Source of the DNA: Limnochordia bacterium
GTDB taxonomy: Bacteria > Bacillota > Limnochordia > Darwinibacteriales > DTU012
Length of the DNA: 64,000 nucleotides
NCBI GenBank assembly: GCA_007116145.1
Contig: SKJB01000050.1
Location: 1,638 to 65,637, forward strand
Reading direction: 5' to 3'
A program made the translations under genes and the position numbers. The notes under the pieces were generated by a model. It did no database searches. It saw nothing but the letters and a program-made list of their open reading frames with translations, and was not told the origin of the DNA. Below, in pieces: positions 21,501 through 31,409 of the stretch (the stretch's first letter is position 1; every line of letters begins with the position of its first letter).

Positions 21501-22079
21501 AATCCGAACGGGGCAATCGAGAGTATAGGGATACACATCAATAATGCCTCCGCGCACGCTAAACTGACCATATGCTTCAACCATATCTACGCGCTCATAG
21601 CCGAGTGCTGTTAACTTAAAAATAAATGCAGCACTATCAATTTCAGACTCGCTTGTGAGCGTAATTGTGCTCTCATAAAATATCTGAGGATCCATCAGTG
21701 TTTCGCCTAGAGCTTGGATAGAGGCAAACACAATATTTCCTGGCGTTTGAATTTTCTGTAACACACTCATTCTATTTTGCCGTAGTTCCCCATCACTTGT
21801 GGCCTCTTCGTGGGGTAACAGTTCGTGCGGACTAAATACACTAACGGGCACAGTTGGGTATAAGCTTTGGAGATCCACTGCCATAACTTCGGCCTGACGA
21901 TGACTATGTGTGATCACTAAGGTTACAAGCTTAGGATTATAGGTGGCGGCAACAAATAGGCTTTTCTGCGATCCAGATAAGCCTACGAGTACTTGCTCTT
22001 GCTTTTTAAGCAGATTTTTACTAACAGATTCAACCTCTTTGGATTGACGTAATAATTCAACTAGCCCCTGTAGCGACAA
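18555..22079 (-). CDS. mfd: Transcription-repair coupling factor
   Basis: VVHINHGIG, GDVGYGKTEVA, DEEQRFG, SATPIPRT, QLRGRVGR, RDLEIRGAG; TTG start after AAGGAG. Confidence 0.97.
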   Translation of the reverse strand: MSLQGLVELLRQSKEVESVSKNLLKKQEQVLVGLSGSQKSLFVAATYNPKLVTLVITHSHRQAEVMAVDLQSLYPTVPVSVFSPHELLPHEEATSDGELRQNRMSVLQKIQTPGNIVFASIQALGETLMDPQIFYESTITLTSESEIDSAAFIFKLTALGYERVDMVEAYGQFSVRGGIIDVYPYTLDCPVRIELFDTEVDSIRSFELDSQRSLENVQEVVIYPVREAFYGLPDLQKIRDDIWEEASAQANRLLKVHKEKEADSLLERVAHHLELLLEAKFFPGLDQYLGYLVAPASLFDYLPADARVVINEPVRIKDQLRAYLQEINETIADLLEKGRVLPSIQQKFLTWNDLWEKAAKYSPMYFTVLDKRIPEMEHAVVKQISAKTPEHFQGNLSGFLKKVSQWRKEHYRILLVTSTEERARRLVEYMKDSDIPAQYTADVSKELKIGNCIVAKGSLETGFEFPGFKLIVCTELEIYGKQRPKERIHRSEEHIKLTEGDLRIGDFVVHINHGIGQYLGLETLEVSNAHKDYLLVKFSGKDRLYVPTDQIDMLQRYVGLNDQAPKLSKLGGGEWSRVKKRVKESVQEMAQGLIKLYAERESLQGHAYNEDSPWQQEFEAAFPYEETPDQLQAIRDVKQDMQRSKPMDRLLCGDVGYGKTEVAIRAAFKAVGEGKQVVVLVPTTILAQQHHRTFVERFEEYPINIGVLSRFQSALEQKKVNQGLKAGSMDVVIGTHRLLSKDIKFHDLGLVIVDEEQRFGVAQKERLKELSKNVDVLTLSATPIPRTLHMSMVGVRDMSLIETPPEDRFPIRTFVIEWDPEAIGQAIRREIGRQGQVYFVYNRVQTIDKMYSEIQAIVPDARIAIAHGQMDETRLEKVMLDFYNGEYDVLLCTTIIETGMDISNVNTLIINDADHLGLAQLYQLRGRVGRTNRVAYAYFTYRRDKILTEDAEKRLQAIREFTELGSGIKIAMRDLEIRGAGNILGPEQHGFITSVGFELYCKLLGEAIRSLKGEVVQTPPEPVLDLSVDAYISDEYVSDPKQKVELYKKIIAIRSLSEADQLEEEIEDRFSDLPDAVRNLIEVARIKVLARQVGVASVAFETALFVVKFFPGLTETSNRYTELVRKHRGKIGYQTGRTPRLKVKIRGLTENEALRFLREALAGLKEFGLGGKNE

Positions 22080-22132
22080 CTTGACTTCTCCTTTCGAGCA
22101 ATGCCAAAAAAACGTATGCAATTATAAAGCCC

Positions 22133-22699
22133 TTATTCTTTACTATTAAACTGATTCATCGCTTGGTCCGCACCCTGCTGTACAAAACACTCTACTGCTT
22201 GCACACCCCGTTTGATCGCTTCTTGGTATACTGTGAGATCGGACTTGCCGATCGTTGATAAAACATAATCAGGTGTATTGTGACCAGGCGGTGTCGCCCC
22301 GATCCCAATTCGTAGACGCGCAAATTCTGATGTGCGTAACACATCAATAATATTTTGCACTCCCCTGTGCCCGCCACTGCTACCTTTTGCTTTCACACGT
22401 ATCTGAGCTGGAGCCAACGCTAAATCGTCAAATACTACTAACAGATCCGAAACCGATCCATTCCAATAATCAAGAATAGGTTTTACCGCTTCTCCACTTC
22501 TATTCATATACGTTTGTGGCTTAACAAGAATGATTTTTTCTTGTGCAAATTGACCTTCTCCGATTTTGGCCTGAAACTTATTGGTTTTCACAAGCGTATT
22601 CCAGTGCTGGCTTAATTGATCAATAACCCAAAAACCCACATTATGTCTGGTGTGCGCATAGCGTTCACCTGGGTTTCCTAAACCGATGATAATTTTCAC
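22133..22699 (-). CDS. pth: Peptidyl-tRNA hydrolase
   Basis: GLGNPG, TRHNVGF, KPQTYMNRSG, GGHRG. Confidence 0.96.
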   Translation of the reverse strand: MKIIIGLGNPGERYAHTRHNVGFWVIDQLSQHWNTLVKTNKFQAKIGEGQFAQEKIILVKPQTYMNRSGEAVKPILDYWNGSVSDLLVVFDDLALAPAQIRVKAKGSSGGHRGVQNIIDVLRTSEFARLRIGIGATPPGHNTPDYVLSTIGKSDLTVYQEAIKRGVQAVECFVQQGADQAMNQFNSKE

Positions 22700-22723
22700 T
22701 CTATACTCCCCTCAATACATCGC

Positions 22724-22756
22724 AAAAGAACGCACAGTCGAGACTGTGCATTCTGC
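22724..22756 (-). terminator. Intrinsic terminator after ctc
   Basis: AGAATGCACAGTC...GACTGTGCGTTCT followed by T-tract. Confidence 0.7.
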
Positions 22757-22778
22757 TGTGAACTCGGTTGTCCGCACT

Positions 22779-23414
22779 TTACTGTGCTTCATCAGATTCT
22801 TCTGATTCGGTGCCTTCTGCACCTGCTTCTCCAGCCTCAGCGCCCTCTTCTGTATCAAGTTCTTCTTCAGCTGTAGGTGGTGTTACTCGAACAATAATAT
22901 CTTCCGCATCGTTGATTACTGCAACGCCTTCCATTGCTTGTAGATCTTTTACATAAATACTGTCACCAATTACAAGATCAGCAACATTGACTTCAATACT
23001 CTCAGGAATGGCGTTAGGTAAACAAGAAATGCTTAGTTCTCGTAGCGTTTGTGCAACAATGCCGCCATCACTTTCTCGCACATCCTCACCGATTAAGGAC
23101 ACAACGACTGTTGTCTCAATTGCCCGATCCATAGACACTTCATAAAAATCAACGTGCTGGTATTTGCCTTGCAGTGGATCTTTTTGAATCTCCTTTACAA
23201 TAACAGTCTTTGCTGTTCCGTTAATCTGTAAATCAATGAGACCCGCTCCAGAAGACAATGCTTTGTCTAAATCCCGTTGTGCTATACTCACTAACACATT
23301 TTCCTTTTGACGACCGTAAACGTGAGCAGGCACCACTGCACTCTTGCGCAATTTCTTGACCTCTCTCGTTCCAGTAACGCTCCGTAGTTCTGCTTGCAGT
23401 TGATAATTCGCCAT
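22779..23414 (-). CDS. rplY: 50S ribosomal protein L25/Ctc
   Basis: VPAHVYG, HVDFY, IPESIEVNVADL, acidic tail; follows prs. Confidence 0.93.
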   Translation of the reverse strand: MANYQLQAELRSVTGTREVKKLRKSAVVPAHVYGRQKENVLVSIAQRDLDKALSSGAGLIDLQINGTAKTVIVKEIQKDPLQGKYQHVDFYEVSMDRAIETTVVVSLIGEDVRESDGGIVAQTLRELSISCLPNAIPESIEVNVADLVIGDSIYVKDLQAMEGVAVINDAEDIIVRVTPPTAEEELDTEEGAEAGEAGAEGTESEESDEAQ

Positions 23415-23471
23415 AATAATAACTCCTCCTTTTTCCGCACCGCTGCTATATTATACCATTCCTAGTAATTT

Positions 23472-24425
23472 CTAGTCAAATAACTTACTGACAGGGAGCT
23501 CTTCGAAAACCCGGCTGATTGCTTCCGCAAATAATGGAGCAACCGATAAAATCTTCAATTTAGGCACTCGCTTTTCATCAGGTAGATGAATACTGTCTGT
23601 AACAACAATTTCCTTAAGTGGACTGTCCTGCAGACGCTTAGCTGCTTCACCCGAGAACACAGGGTGCGAACAACAGGCAAACACATCAGTCGCTCCATTC
23701 CGTAATAGTGCTTCTGCTGCTTTTACAATTGTGCCTCCGGTATCAATCATATCATCAACGAGAATACAGTTTTTGCCTTCTACACTACCAATTATATTCA
23801 TTACTTCTGATACATTCGGCTGGGTTCGTCGCTTATCTACAATTGCGAGCTGACAGTCGAGCCGATCAGCTAGTTCCCGTGCCCGCACCACACCTCCCAC
23901 ATCGGGCGAGACCACTATTGTATCGCCTAGATCCTTGCTTTCTAGGTATTTTGCAATAATGGGCATGGCCCTAAGGTTGTCCACAGGAATATCAAAAAAA
24001 CCTTGGATCTGCGCAGCATGCAAATCCATTGTCAACACACGATCAGCCCCAGCCGCTGTAATTAAATTAGCGACTAGTTTTGCACCAATACAATCGCGTG
24101 GTTGGGTTTTACGATCTTGCCTGGCATACCCATAGTAAGGAATGACCGCTGCGATCATCTTTGACGACGCTCGCTTCATCGCGTCGATCATTAATAATAG
24201 TTCCATAAGATGTGTATCGGTGGGAGCGTTCGTGGGCTGCACAATAAAGATCTCTCCACCACGAACTGTTTCGCCGATTATTACACTGATTTCCCCATCT
24301 TGAAAGCGACCAATTTTGGATGATCCGAGATTTTCGCCAAGGTTTTTGGCAATATCTTTGGCTAATTCCGGATTTGCATTACCAGTAAACATTTTCAACT
24401 TTTTGTCGTAATGATTAACTATCAC
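23472..24425 (-). CDS. prs: Ribose-phosphate pyrophosphokinase
   Basis: PYYGYARQDRK, DLHAAQIQGFFD, VDDMIDTGGT. Confidence 0.97.
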   Translation of the reverse strand: MIVNHYDKKLKMFTGNANPELAKDIAKNLGENLGSSKIGRFQDGEISVIIGETVRGGEIFIVQPTNAPTDTHLMELLLMIDAMKRASSKMIAAVIPYYGYARQDRKTQPRDCIGAKLVANLITAAGADRVLTMDLHAAQIQGFFDIPVDNLRAMPIIAKYLESKDLGDTIVVSPDVGGVVRARELADRLDCQLAIVDKRRTQPNVSEVMNIIGSVEGKNCILVDDMIDTGGTIVKAAEALLRNGATDVFACCSHPVFSGEAAKRLQDSPLKEIVVTDSIHLPDEKRVPKLKILSVAPLFAEAISRVFEELPVSKLFD

Positions 24426-25785
24426 TTTTCGCCCTCCGTTTTTGCCAAGCCTCTTTATTCACTTGTTGTGCTCGACCAATACCTAATCCACCTGCGGGCA
24501 CAGGTTTAGTAATGGTGGAGCCAGCTGCGATATAGGCGCTCTGACCGATATGCACAGGCGCAACTAAGCTACTATTACTACCAATAAAACAATTATCTTC
24601 AATAATCGTCGTACACTTTATTTCTCCATCATAGTTACAGGTAATCGTACCGCATCCAATATTAACCCCAGATCCAATTTGTGCATCACCAATATAGCTG
24701 TGGTGTGGGATTTTGCTCCCTGGACCTACTTCGGAATTTTTCACTTCGACAAAATCGCCAATTTTACAGTTCGATCCGATGCTCGATCCTGGCCGGATAT
24801 AGGCAAAGGGACCCACTAGGCATTCATCTCCGACAAAACAGTCCACTAATACTGCTTGTTCAATTCGCACCTTTGACCCTACGCTTGCGCTCTCCAAGCG
24901 GACATTCGGTCCTACAATGCAATCACTACCAATGACAGAACCTTTTTGGATATAGGTAGAGGGATAGACAATGGTATCTTCACCGATTTGACAATCTAGA
25001 TCGATATATGTGCTTGCTGGATCAATAATGGTAACGCCTGCTAACATCTGTTGGTGGCAAACTCGCTGTTGCATAATCCGTTCTGCTTGAGCGAGCTGCG
25101 TGCGATCATTAACTCCCATGCTTTCCTGTGCATCGTCTATACAGAAACCAGCCACGCTATGCTGATCGCGGATCATTAGTGGAATAACATCCGGCAAGTA
25201 GTATTCAGCCTGTGCATTATTTGGTGTAACTTTTGCTAGATAGTTAAATAGTTGCTCGCTATCAAAACAATACGTACCAGTATTGATCTCCTTAATTTCT
25301 TGTTGCTGGGCGGTTGCATCCTTGTGCTCAACAATTTTTTGTACGTGCCCGAATTCATCTCGGATGATCCGACCATAACCCATCGGATCCTGCATATGTG
25401 CAGTAATAACCGTTGCAGCAACGTTTTGTTCCCGATGAAATTCTAGGACTTGCATGAACGTTTTACTTGTAAACAATGGTGTGTCTCCGTACGTTACTAA
25501 TATTGTACCACAAAAATCTTGGAGGACACTACGACATTGATCCACTGCATGACCTGTACCTAATTGCTCATGCTGTGTCACGTGAATCGCAGCGGGAACA
25601 GCCTCACTCACCCGTTCTCCTTGATGACCGACGACGAGATAGGTTTGATCAATACCCGCCTCTTGCACACTCCTTACCACATGCTCCACCATGGATAAGC
25701 CTGCTATGTTATGTAATACCTTCGGTGTTTTCGATCGCATACGCTGGCCTTGCCCTGCCGCTAGAATTATGGCTACATTTTTCAT
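24415..25785 (-). CDS. glmU: Bifunctional UDP-GlcNAc pyrophosphorylase/acetyltransferase
   Basis: LAAGQGQRM, QLGTGHAV, NNAQAEYYL, hexapeptide repeats. Confidence 0.97.
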   Translation of the reverse strand: MKNVAIILAAGQGQRMRSKTPKVLHNIAGLSMVEHVVRSVQEAGIDQTYLVVGHQGERVSEAVPAAIHVTQHEQLGTGHAVDQCRSVLQDFCGTILVTYGDTPLFTSKTFMQVLEFHREQNVAATVITAHMQDPMGYGRIIRDEFGHVQKIVEHKDATAQQQEIKEINTGTYCFDSEQLFNYLAKVTPNNAQAEYYLPDVIPLMIRDQHSVAGFCIDDAQESMGVNDRTQLAQAERIMQQRVCHQQMLAGVTIIDPASTYIDLDCQIGEDTIVYPSTYIQKGSVIGSDCIVGPNVRLESASVGSKVRIEQAVLVDCFVGDECLVGPFAYIRPGSSIGSNCKIGDFVEVKNSEVGPGSKIPHHSYIGDAQIGSGVNIGCGTITCNYDGEIKCTTIIEDNCFIGSNSSLVAPVHIGQSAYIAAGSTITKPVPAGGLGIGRAQQVNKEAWQKRRAKSDS

Positions 25786-25966
25786 TTATCACCCCTCCTA
25801 ACATATCATATGCCAAACGTTATAGCTTTCTCTATATATTCATGATTCCCTGCCACAAACTCGTTTTTTTTTGCTTAGCATATTTTCTCTCTCGTTGCAT
25901 CTAGACTCCCACAAAGCAGGTAGAAATAAAAAAACTCCCCTATAACTAGGTGAGATAATTGAAATA

Positions 25967-26041
25967 TGGCTGGGGTGCTAGGACTCGAACCTAGGATACA
26001 GGAGTCAGAGTCCTGTGCCTTACCAGCTTGGCGACACCCCA
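25967..26041 (-). tRNA. tRNA-Gln (CTG)
   Basis: TGGGGTG...CACCCCAGCCA, anticodon arm CAGGA-CTCTGAC-TCCTG, GTTCGAG; promoter TTGACG-N17-TATACT at 26053-26081. Confidence 0.97.
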
Positions 26042-26082
26042 TTACTACTTAGAGTATATCAAACTACAGATCTAACGTCAAC

Positions 26083-26889
26083 CTAAATATTTTTAAGCCC
26101 TTCAACTTGCTCGGTCGCACAACTATCGTTCTCCGTTACTTGTCTCGATAAAAAGTCCTCCGCTAACTGCCAGTCACTTGGCTTATCGACATCAACGCCA
26201 ATTTCGGGATAGGGAGAGATAACCACTACACCATTAATGCTAAACAATGTCTTTACGCGGGATTCAATTTCAGCCACGCTTAAAGTATGCATTAAGAATT
26301 TAATAATAAAACGAAGGCCTAACAGACGACATAATTGCACTGGTTTCTTGCGCAGTGCTACTGTCTTTTTCATCATCTCTTGACAATCGCCAACCACTTG
26401 AGGGGCAATAAGGATTACATTTCCACCTGTAAAGACTCCTTCGCGAAGTTGAAAATAGGTGCGTTCTACATTCGGGAACACTTTTTCATTGGCCTCTTTA
26501 GAAACGACAGGATAAAAAAGATCCCCATCTAAATCTCCACAGCGTTCTAGAAAGTCTTCAATCGCCTCGGGATTTATAAACGGAATATCAGAAGTGACCA
26601 CTAACACCATTTTATCCGTTTCTAAGTAGTCTACCCCTCGTTTAATATTGTCGGCTAAACTTGTACCTTGTGCGATAATCGGGATGTGTGCTCCAATCAC
26701 TTCTCCAACTTGTGCTGGACCAACGACAACAATGCGAGCCACCGATTCGGTGTTCTGTAATGCGCGCACAACATAAGACACCATTGGCTCGTTATTGACT
26801 GCGATTAAGGCCTCATACTCGCACGAACTCACCGCTTGTAATTTCCCCTTATTGTCAGCACCTGCTAAAACTAAGGCATCTACCCTCAT
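26083..26889 (-). CDS. MobA-like NTP transferase domain protein
   Basis: ALVLAG, TSDIP, FTGGN, DVDKPSD; ATGA overlap with the ispE stop. Confidence 0.8.
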   Translation of the reverse strand: MRVDALVLAGADNKGKLQAVSSCEYEALIAVNNEPMVSYVVRALQNTESVARIVVVGPAQVGEVIGAHIPIIAQGTSLADNIKRGVDYLETDKMVLVVTSDIPFINPEAIEDFLERCGDLDGDLFYPVVSKEANEKVFPNVERTYFQLREGVFTGGNVILIAPQVVGDCQEMMKKTVALRKKPVQLCRLLGLRFIIKFLMHTLSVAEIESRVKTLFSINGVVVISPYPEIGVDVDKPSDWQLAEDFLSRQVTENDSCATEQVEGLKNI

Positions 26890-27764
26890 AGTTTTGTCCT
26901 CCAATTCACTGGCTCGCTTATCCCTGCGTTAACAAACTTAGTTTTTACAATCCAAACCTCATTCGCCCATTTTGCTGCAACTGCATCGGCCGCTTCATCT
27001 GTCGAAAAAAGCCCAAAGATACTCGGACCACTCCCAGACATAAGACTAACGAGCGCGCCGGCCTCGCGTAACCTACGTTTCCAGCTAGCAACTTCAGGGA
27101 CGATGTTGATTGTGACCGCTTCCATTACATTTTTCATATGGCAAAACACATTGGATCCGCGATGCTGTGCATCCATAAATTGTGCGGTATGTGTGTGGTT
27201 AAACATCTCTGCTGTTAAACTCTGGTATACTTCTTGCGTACTAATCGCTGCAAGCGGCTTAATGATCACTACTGGATAATCTGGTAATGAGGTAAGTTTC
27301 GTGAGTTCGTTGCCAACCCCCTCGGCTAGCATCGTACCGCCTTGTAAGCAAAAGGGAACATCCGCACCTAACACAAGTGCAAGCTCTTGTAGTTCAGCCT
27401 CGGTCAGGTTGGTTTCATATAACCGGTTTAATGCATGTAAGACTCCAGCTGCATCAGCACTTCCTCCCGCTAAACCGGCTGCAATGGGAATTGTTTTTTT
27501 CAGTTCGATGCAGACACCTCCGGCAATCTTCAACTCACGGAAAAACAATTTCGCCGCCTTCGTCGCGATATTGTCTGATTCTGGCAGAATCGGAATATTT
27601 GTCGTTAACCGGACATCACTTGCGCATTTATGCACATGCAATGTGTCTGCCAAGCTAACAGATTGCATCACACTAGAAATGTTATGATACCCATCAGGCC
27701 GTCGATTGTTTACGTCTAACGTAAGATTAATTTTAGCGTGCGCTTTTACAACCACAGAATTCAA
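26886..27764 (-). CDS. ispE: 4-diphosphocytidyl-2C-methyl-D-erythritol kinase
   Basis: AHAKINLTL, PIAAGLAGGSADAA, GADVPF, MSGSG; SigH-like GCAGGATTT-N11-GGGGAAT at 27790-27816. Confidence 0.95.
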   Translation of the reverse strand: MNSVVVKAHAKINLTLDVNNRRPDGYHNISSVMQSVSLADTLHVHKCASDVRLTTNIPILPESDNIATKAAKLFFRELKIAGGVCIELKKTIPIAAGLAGGSADAAGVLHALNRLYETNLTEAELQELALVLGADVPFCLQGGTMLAEGVGNELTKLTSLPDYPVVIIKPLAAISTQEVYQSLTAEMFNHTHTAQFMDAQHRGSNVFCHMKNVMEAVTINIVPEVASWKRRLREAGALVSLMSGSGPSIFGLFSTDEAADAVAAKWANEVWIVKTKFVNAGISEPVNWRTKL

Positions 27765-27819
27765 TGTATTCACCCCACCGATAAGAAAGATTCCCCATCG
27801 AGGGCGAAAATCCTGCCTG

Positions 27820-28269
27820 TTATTTATGTAATAGCAACCAGGCACTCACAGCCATTAATCCTATACCCACTCCTTTCCAGATATTGAAGGGAATGGCAGT
27901 TAAACCAAATAAGCCAAAGTGGTCAACAACAGCCGCCATGGAGACTTGCCCCACAATAATTGCTGTGGTTGCTGCAGCCACTCCGACACGACCAATACTA
28001 GTAATAACACCATAAACAATCCCGACACCAATTATGCCCCCAAGATAACTATACCAAGGTGCTTTACCGAGCATATTCCACTTTACTGCCTCTACGTTGA
28101 GTACTAAGAGCAGAAGAGTAAATACCGAACCGACAATGTGTACAACAAAGGTTCCCGTTAACAATCCCACTACTTTCCCTAACGCAGTATTTAATGAACC
28201 TTGAATGGCCATTAGGATACCGGATACAGCTGCAATTACTAGGGCTACAATATTCATAACGCATACCAC
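27820..28269 (-). CDS. DMT family (YdcZ/DUF606) membrane transporter
   Basis: QGSLNTALG, PWYSYLGG, GQ, DHFGLFG. Confidence 0.85.
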   Translation of the reverse strand: MVCVMNIVALVIAAVSGILMAIQGSLNTALGKVVGLLTGTFVVHIVGSVFTLLLLVLNVEAVKWNMLGKAPWYSYLGGIIGVGIVYGVITSIGRVGVAAATTAIIVGQVSMAAVVDHFGLFGLTAIPFNIWKGVGIGLMAVSAWLLLHK

Positions 28270-28327
28270 ACTCCTGTTGTCTGAAAACTCATCAGTATAG
28301 TATGCCCCGTTTTTCTTAACCTAAAAA

Positions 28328-28353
28328 GAAAATGGGCCTAGGGCCCATTTTTC
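28328..28353 (-). terminator. Intrinsic terminator after sipL
   Basis: AAAATGGGCC/GGCCCATTTT inverted repeat. Confidence 0.7.
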
Positions 28354-28357
28354 GCTT

Positions 28358-29941
28358 TCACCTACGGGGAATACAAACCTTATCCCCTGGAAGGATTTGT
28401 TGATTTTCCCTCTCCCGTAACCATGAATTAGCAGCAACAATTGTATCGAGGGATGTATGATATCGTTTCGCTAGTTTCCATAGAGTATCTTGTTTTTGAA
28501 CAGCTATATAGGTAATCGTGGGTGGATCCTCTTCAAGCGGTGATACTTCTAGCGCTTCAACCACAACATCAGCTGCAAACGGTTGCATCACTTTAACGGT
28601 TGAACGATAGCTCACATCTACTTCGATGGTCTCGCGATTAATCAAGTCCAAGCGTGTTTCTTTGACTTTAACATCAACAAGCGCAGTCATTCCTAGCTCT
28701 ACACCGCCTAGTGCAATGACTTGTTGAAACGGAATAGCGTTTCGGAATACGCCACAATACAGCGGTCGTTTTTCCTCATCAGTATGGGCAAGATACGCAA
28801 CTTCCAAACTAATGGTTCCTTCCACCAAAACCTTATCCTCGTCTATGCGGTACTCTGTGACATTAGCACAACCCCACGATTTCACAATCTCGCGCATCGG
28901 TGGATAATTGTCTGGAATTTCCACAACTCCTTGCGCTGATGACTGCTGCGTCTTTTCATTAATAAGATTATCTAGTTTTATTTTTTCATGTCTCGCTTCA
29001 ATACTATCTCCACTAGAGCATGTTATTTCTAAAACCGCCCGCGTATAGTTCTTTTGATAAAGCTTTACCTGACCCACTACTTTGCCACTCACAGCTAGTA
29101 CTGTGCCATCTTGGTTGGTGTCTGCCTTTGCCTCTACCCGTAAATCAGCCTCCACAACGAGTTCTTGATCGCCCGACGAATTAGGAACAACCAGCTCAAA
29201 TGGGACTCTCTCATCATACAAAAACGACTTAATCAGACCCTCCTCAGTCGCATACAAAACATCGCAGGTAAGATAACCACCGATCTTTATGTTCTCTAAT
29301 GTAATCTTTGTCTCGGTAATCTGTGGTTGCAAATCTAAGTCTAGCACTTTGTCGATGCTTGAATCATTCGGCAATTCTATCGTCTTCTGAAAGCTAACTT
29401 GCACGTCTAACTCTTTCACTAATGGTTGTGTATGCAGCGCTACATCATTAATGGCTAACTTTTTCGGCGGATTAATACTCGCACTTGTAACTGCACGCTG
29501 TTCTTCTTTTTGTTTCACACGTGCGCTAAGCTGGGTGAGCACATCCACATTTAGTGTTCGTTGATCGGGTTCCAATTCCCAATCGATAGCTAAAACCTCT
29601 ATCTTTGGCTGCGCAATCATACCATTTTCGGCGCCGATTACTTCAACAAAATCGTTAAACGAAATTGCGTTTTGCCACGGCACAACCTGATATCCAGCCA
29701 CTTCTAACTCTGACGCTTCGGACATGTAAACGAATTGCATGTTTATATAGCCATCAAAGGCTACTTTATCCTCTCCTATCGTAACGTCAGTAAGAAACGG
29801 GCTTCCCTTAAGCCATACTACTCGCTCGATGTTAGGAGCCGATGCTGGTAGTTCCAAAGTTCCTTGTAACACGCTCTGTGCAGTATTTTCTCCCACTGAA
29901 TTCTCCACATGTAAAACTTCCTCTTTAACTTTGAGGCCCAT
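28358..29941 (-). CDS. sipL: SPOCS (DUF3794) repeats plus LysM spore coat morphogenetic protein, SipL-like
   Basis: Three repeats with DKV..G and IPF motifs, C-terminal LysM QKQDTLWKLAKRYHT; located downstream of veg. Confidence 0.8.
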   Translation of the reverse strand: MGLKVKEEVLHVENSVGENTAQSVLQGTLELPASAPNIERVVWLKGSPFLTDVTIGEDKVAFDGYINMQFVYMSEASELEVAGYQVVPWQNAISFNDFVEVIGAENGMIAQPKIEVLAIDWELEPDQRTLNVDVLTQLSARVKQKEEQRAVTSASINPPKKLAINDVALHTQPLVKELDVQVSFQKTIELPNDSSIDKVLDLDLQPQITETKITLENIKIGGYLTCDVLYATEEGLIKSFLYDERVPFELVVPNSSGDQELVVEADLRVEAKADTNQDGTVLAVSGKVVGQVKLYQKNYTRAVLEITCSSGDSIEARHEKIKLDNLINEKTQQSSAQGVVEIPDNYPPMREIVKSWGCANVTEYRIDEDKVLVEGTISLEVAYLAHTDEEKRPLYCGVFRNAIPFQQVIALGGVELGMTALVDVKVKETRLDLINRETIEVDVSYRSTVKVMQPFAADVVVEALEVSPLEEDPPTITYIAVQKQDTLWKLAKRYHTSLDTIVAANSWLRERENQQILPGDKVCIPRR

Positions 29942-30027
29942 TATTTCCCCCCCTTATGGTAACAACAGAGAACTACAATTATCTATATGAGACCGTTAGA
30001 GAAAAAATGTTTGATTCTTTGCTGCTT

Positions 30028-31299
30028 TTACAGAAATTTTGCGATACTAAAATGTCCTTGGAGGATTGACCACAGCCTTTTATCTTCCATTCCTAAACTA
30101 TCTAGTAGTACTCCCGCTAGATTATAGCGATTAACTAGTGCTATTGCGCTACGAAGTTGAGGGATGCTTGGAATCCGTATGTGCACTTCGACCCCTTTTT
30201 CAAAGCAGCGATAATACAACTGCTGATTTTCGTCTGTCTCGGCACGTGCTCCTTGGCGAAAGATCTTAGTCATAGCAACTTGGTAGGCCAGTACTTTCCG
30301 TTCTTGCTGTCCATCTGCTAGTGCATACTGAAAAGCATAAACAGGAATCTCAAGCAGTAATTTCCAACACGGAATATCTCGCAGTGCTTCGTGAATCAAG
30401 GGCTCTAAATACTGTTTGTCAATTTGGGGCTGGGGATTGGTTCGGACTGGCAAACGAATGACCACTTGATTTACATCCCTACTGAGCTCTGCAAAATCCA
30501 CACCGCCAAATACATTCCAGCGGGGCATATCGACGCAAAATGCTGTCATTAACGTCTTATCCCCGATTACTCGACGGACTTGCCGGACAAACTTACTGTA
30601 CCGACGACCATCGACTCGCGACAATTTACACCAGGGCAGATAGACTCCGTTTACGTTTCCCACTGACTGACTAAGCAACTGCAGACATTGCTTCTTGCGT
30701 CTGCGATTTACCAAAAATTGGTGCACTTCTAGTAAGCAATTAGTCGGCGTTACATTCAGACTAGCAATCGTGGACGAGGTAGGGGAACGGAGTGCTGCTT
30801 TGTACTTCTGGTCTATCGCCATGGGTGAAACTACACCTGTTAAGTACACGCTATTGCGTTCCATCGACTCTTTCGCTAACAGGGATTCGTCTTTCGTTCC
30901 CCATACCTGACGATCAAAAAACACCAGCTGTTGTCCAGCATAAAGCGAACGTTTCTTGCTAAACTCGCGAAACGCTTCCTTGCCAATATGATATAGCTTT
31001 GCTATATCCGCAAGCGTTTGTTGTTCTGTAACGATGTGGACTCGTCGATTCACAGGCAGATGGGTGCATAGTAGTAAGGAGTACACCTCTTTACCAGCCA
31101 CCCCATCGATCTGTAATGAGTAGTCTCGCTGGAAGTATTGGAGTGCTTCTTGGGTTAAGTAACTAAAGATGCCATCGAGCGGACCTGGTTGATAGCCTAG
31201 ATCGCCCAATCTTTTTTGTAGTTCAAGGACATCGGAGCCTTTGAGTCCAATCCGTAATACACGTGACCCTAGTTTGCGCTTAGAGTTTAACCAAAGCAT
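30028..31299 (-). CDS. PG-binding + LysM + degenerate GH18-like spore protein
   Basis: GSDVLELQKRL...DGIF...FQ...DGVAG; LysM QTLADIAKLY; GH18-like C-terminus IPVYAF and NLAGV...LGMED. Confidence 0.7.
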   Translation of the reverse strand: MLWLNSKRKLGSRVLRIGLKGSDVLELQKRLGDLGYQPGPLDGIFSYLTQEALQYFQRDYSLQIDGVAGKEVYSLLLCTHLPVNRRVHIVTEQQTLADIAKLYHIGKEAFREFSKKRSLYAGQQLVFFDRQVWGTKDESLLAKESMERNSVYLTGVVSPMAIDQKYKAALRSPTSSTIASLNVTPTNCLLEVHQFLVNRRRKKQCLQLLSQSVGNVNGVYLPWCKLSRVDGRRYSKFVRQVRRVIGDKTLMTAFCVDMPRWNVFGGVDFAELSRDVNQVVIRLPVRTNPQPQIDKQYLEPLIHEALRDIPCWKLLLEIPVYAFQYALADGQQERKVLAYQVAMTKIFRQGARAETDENQQLYYRCFEKGVEVHIRIPSIPQLRSAIALVNRYNLAGVLLDSLGMEDKRLWSILQGHFSIAKFL

Positions 31300-31409
31300 C
31301 CTGTTAACGTCACGTCCTCTCTTCACTCTTGAAGTCTCCTTATAATCTATGATTGGACGCACAAAAAAAGCACCGATTTCTCGCTGCTTTTTGCATTAAC
31401 TGCAATTGG

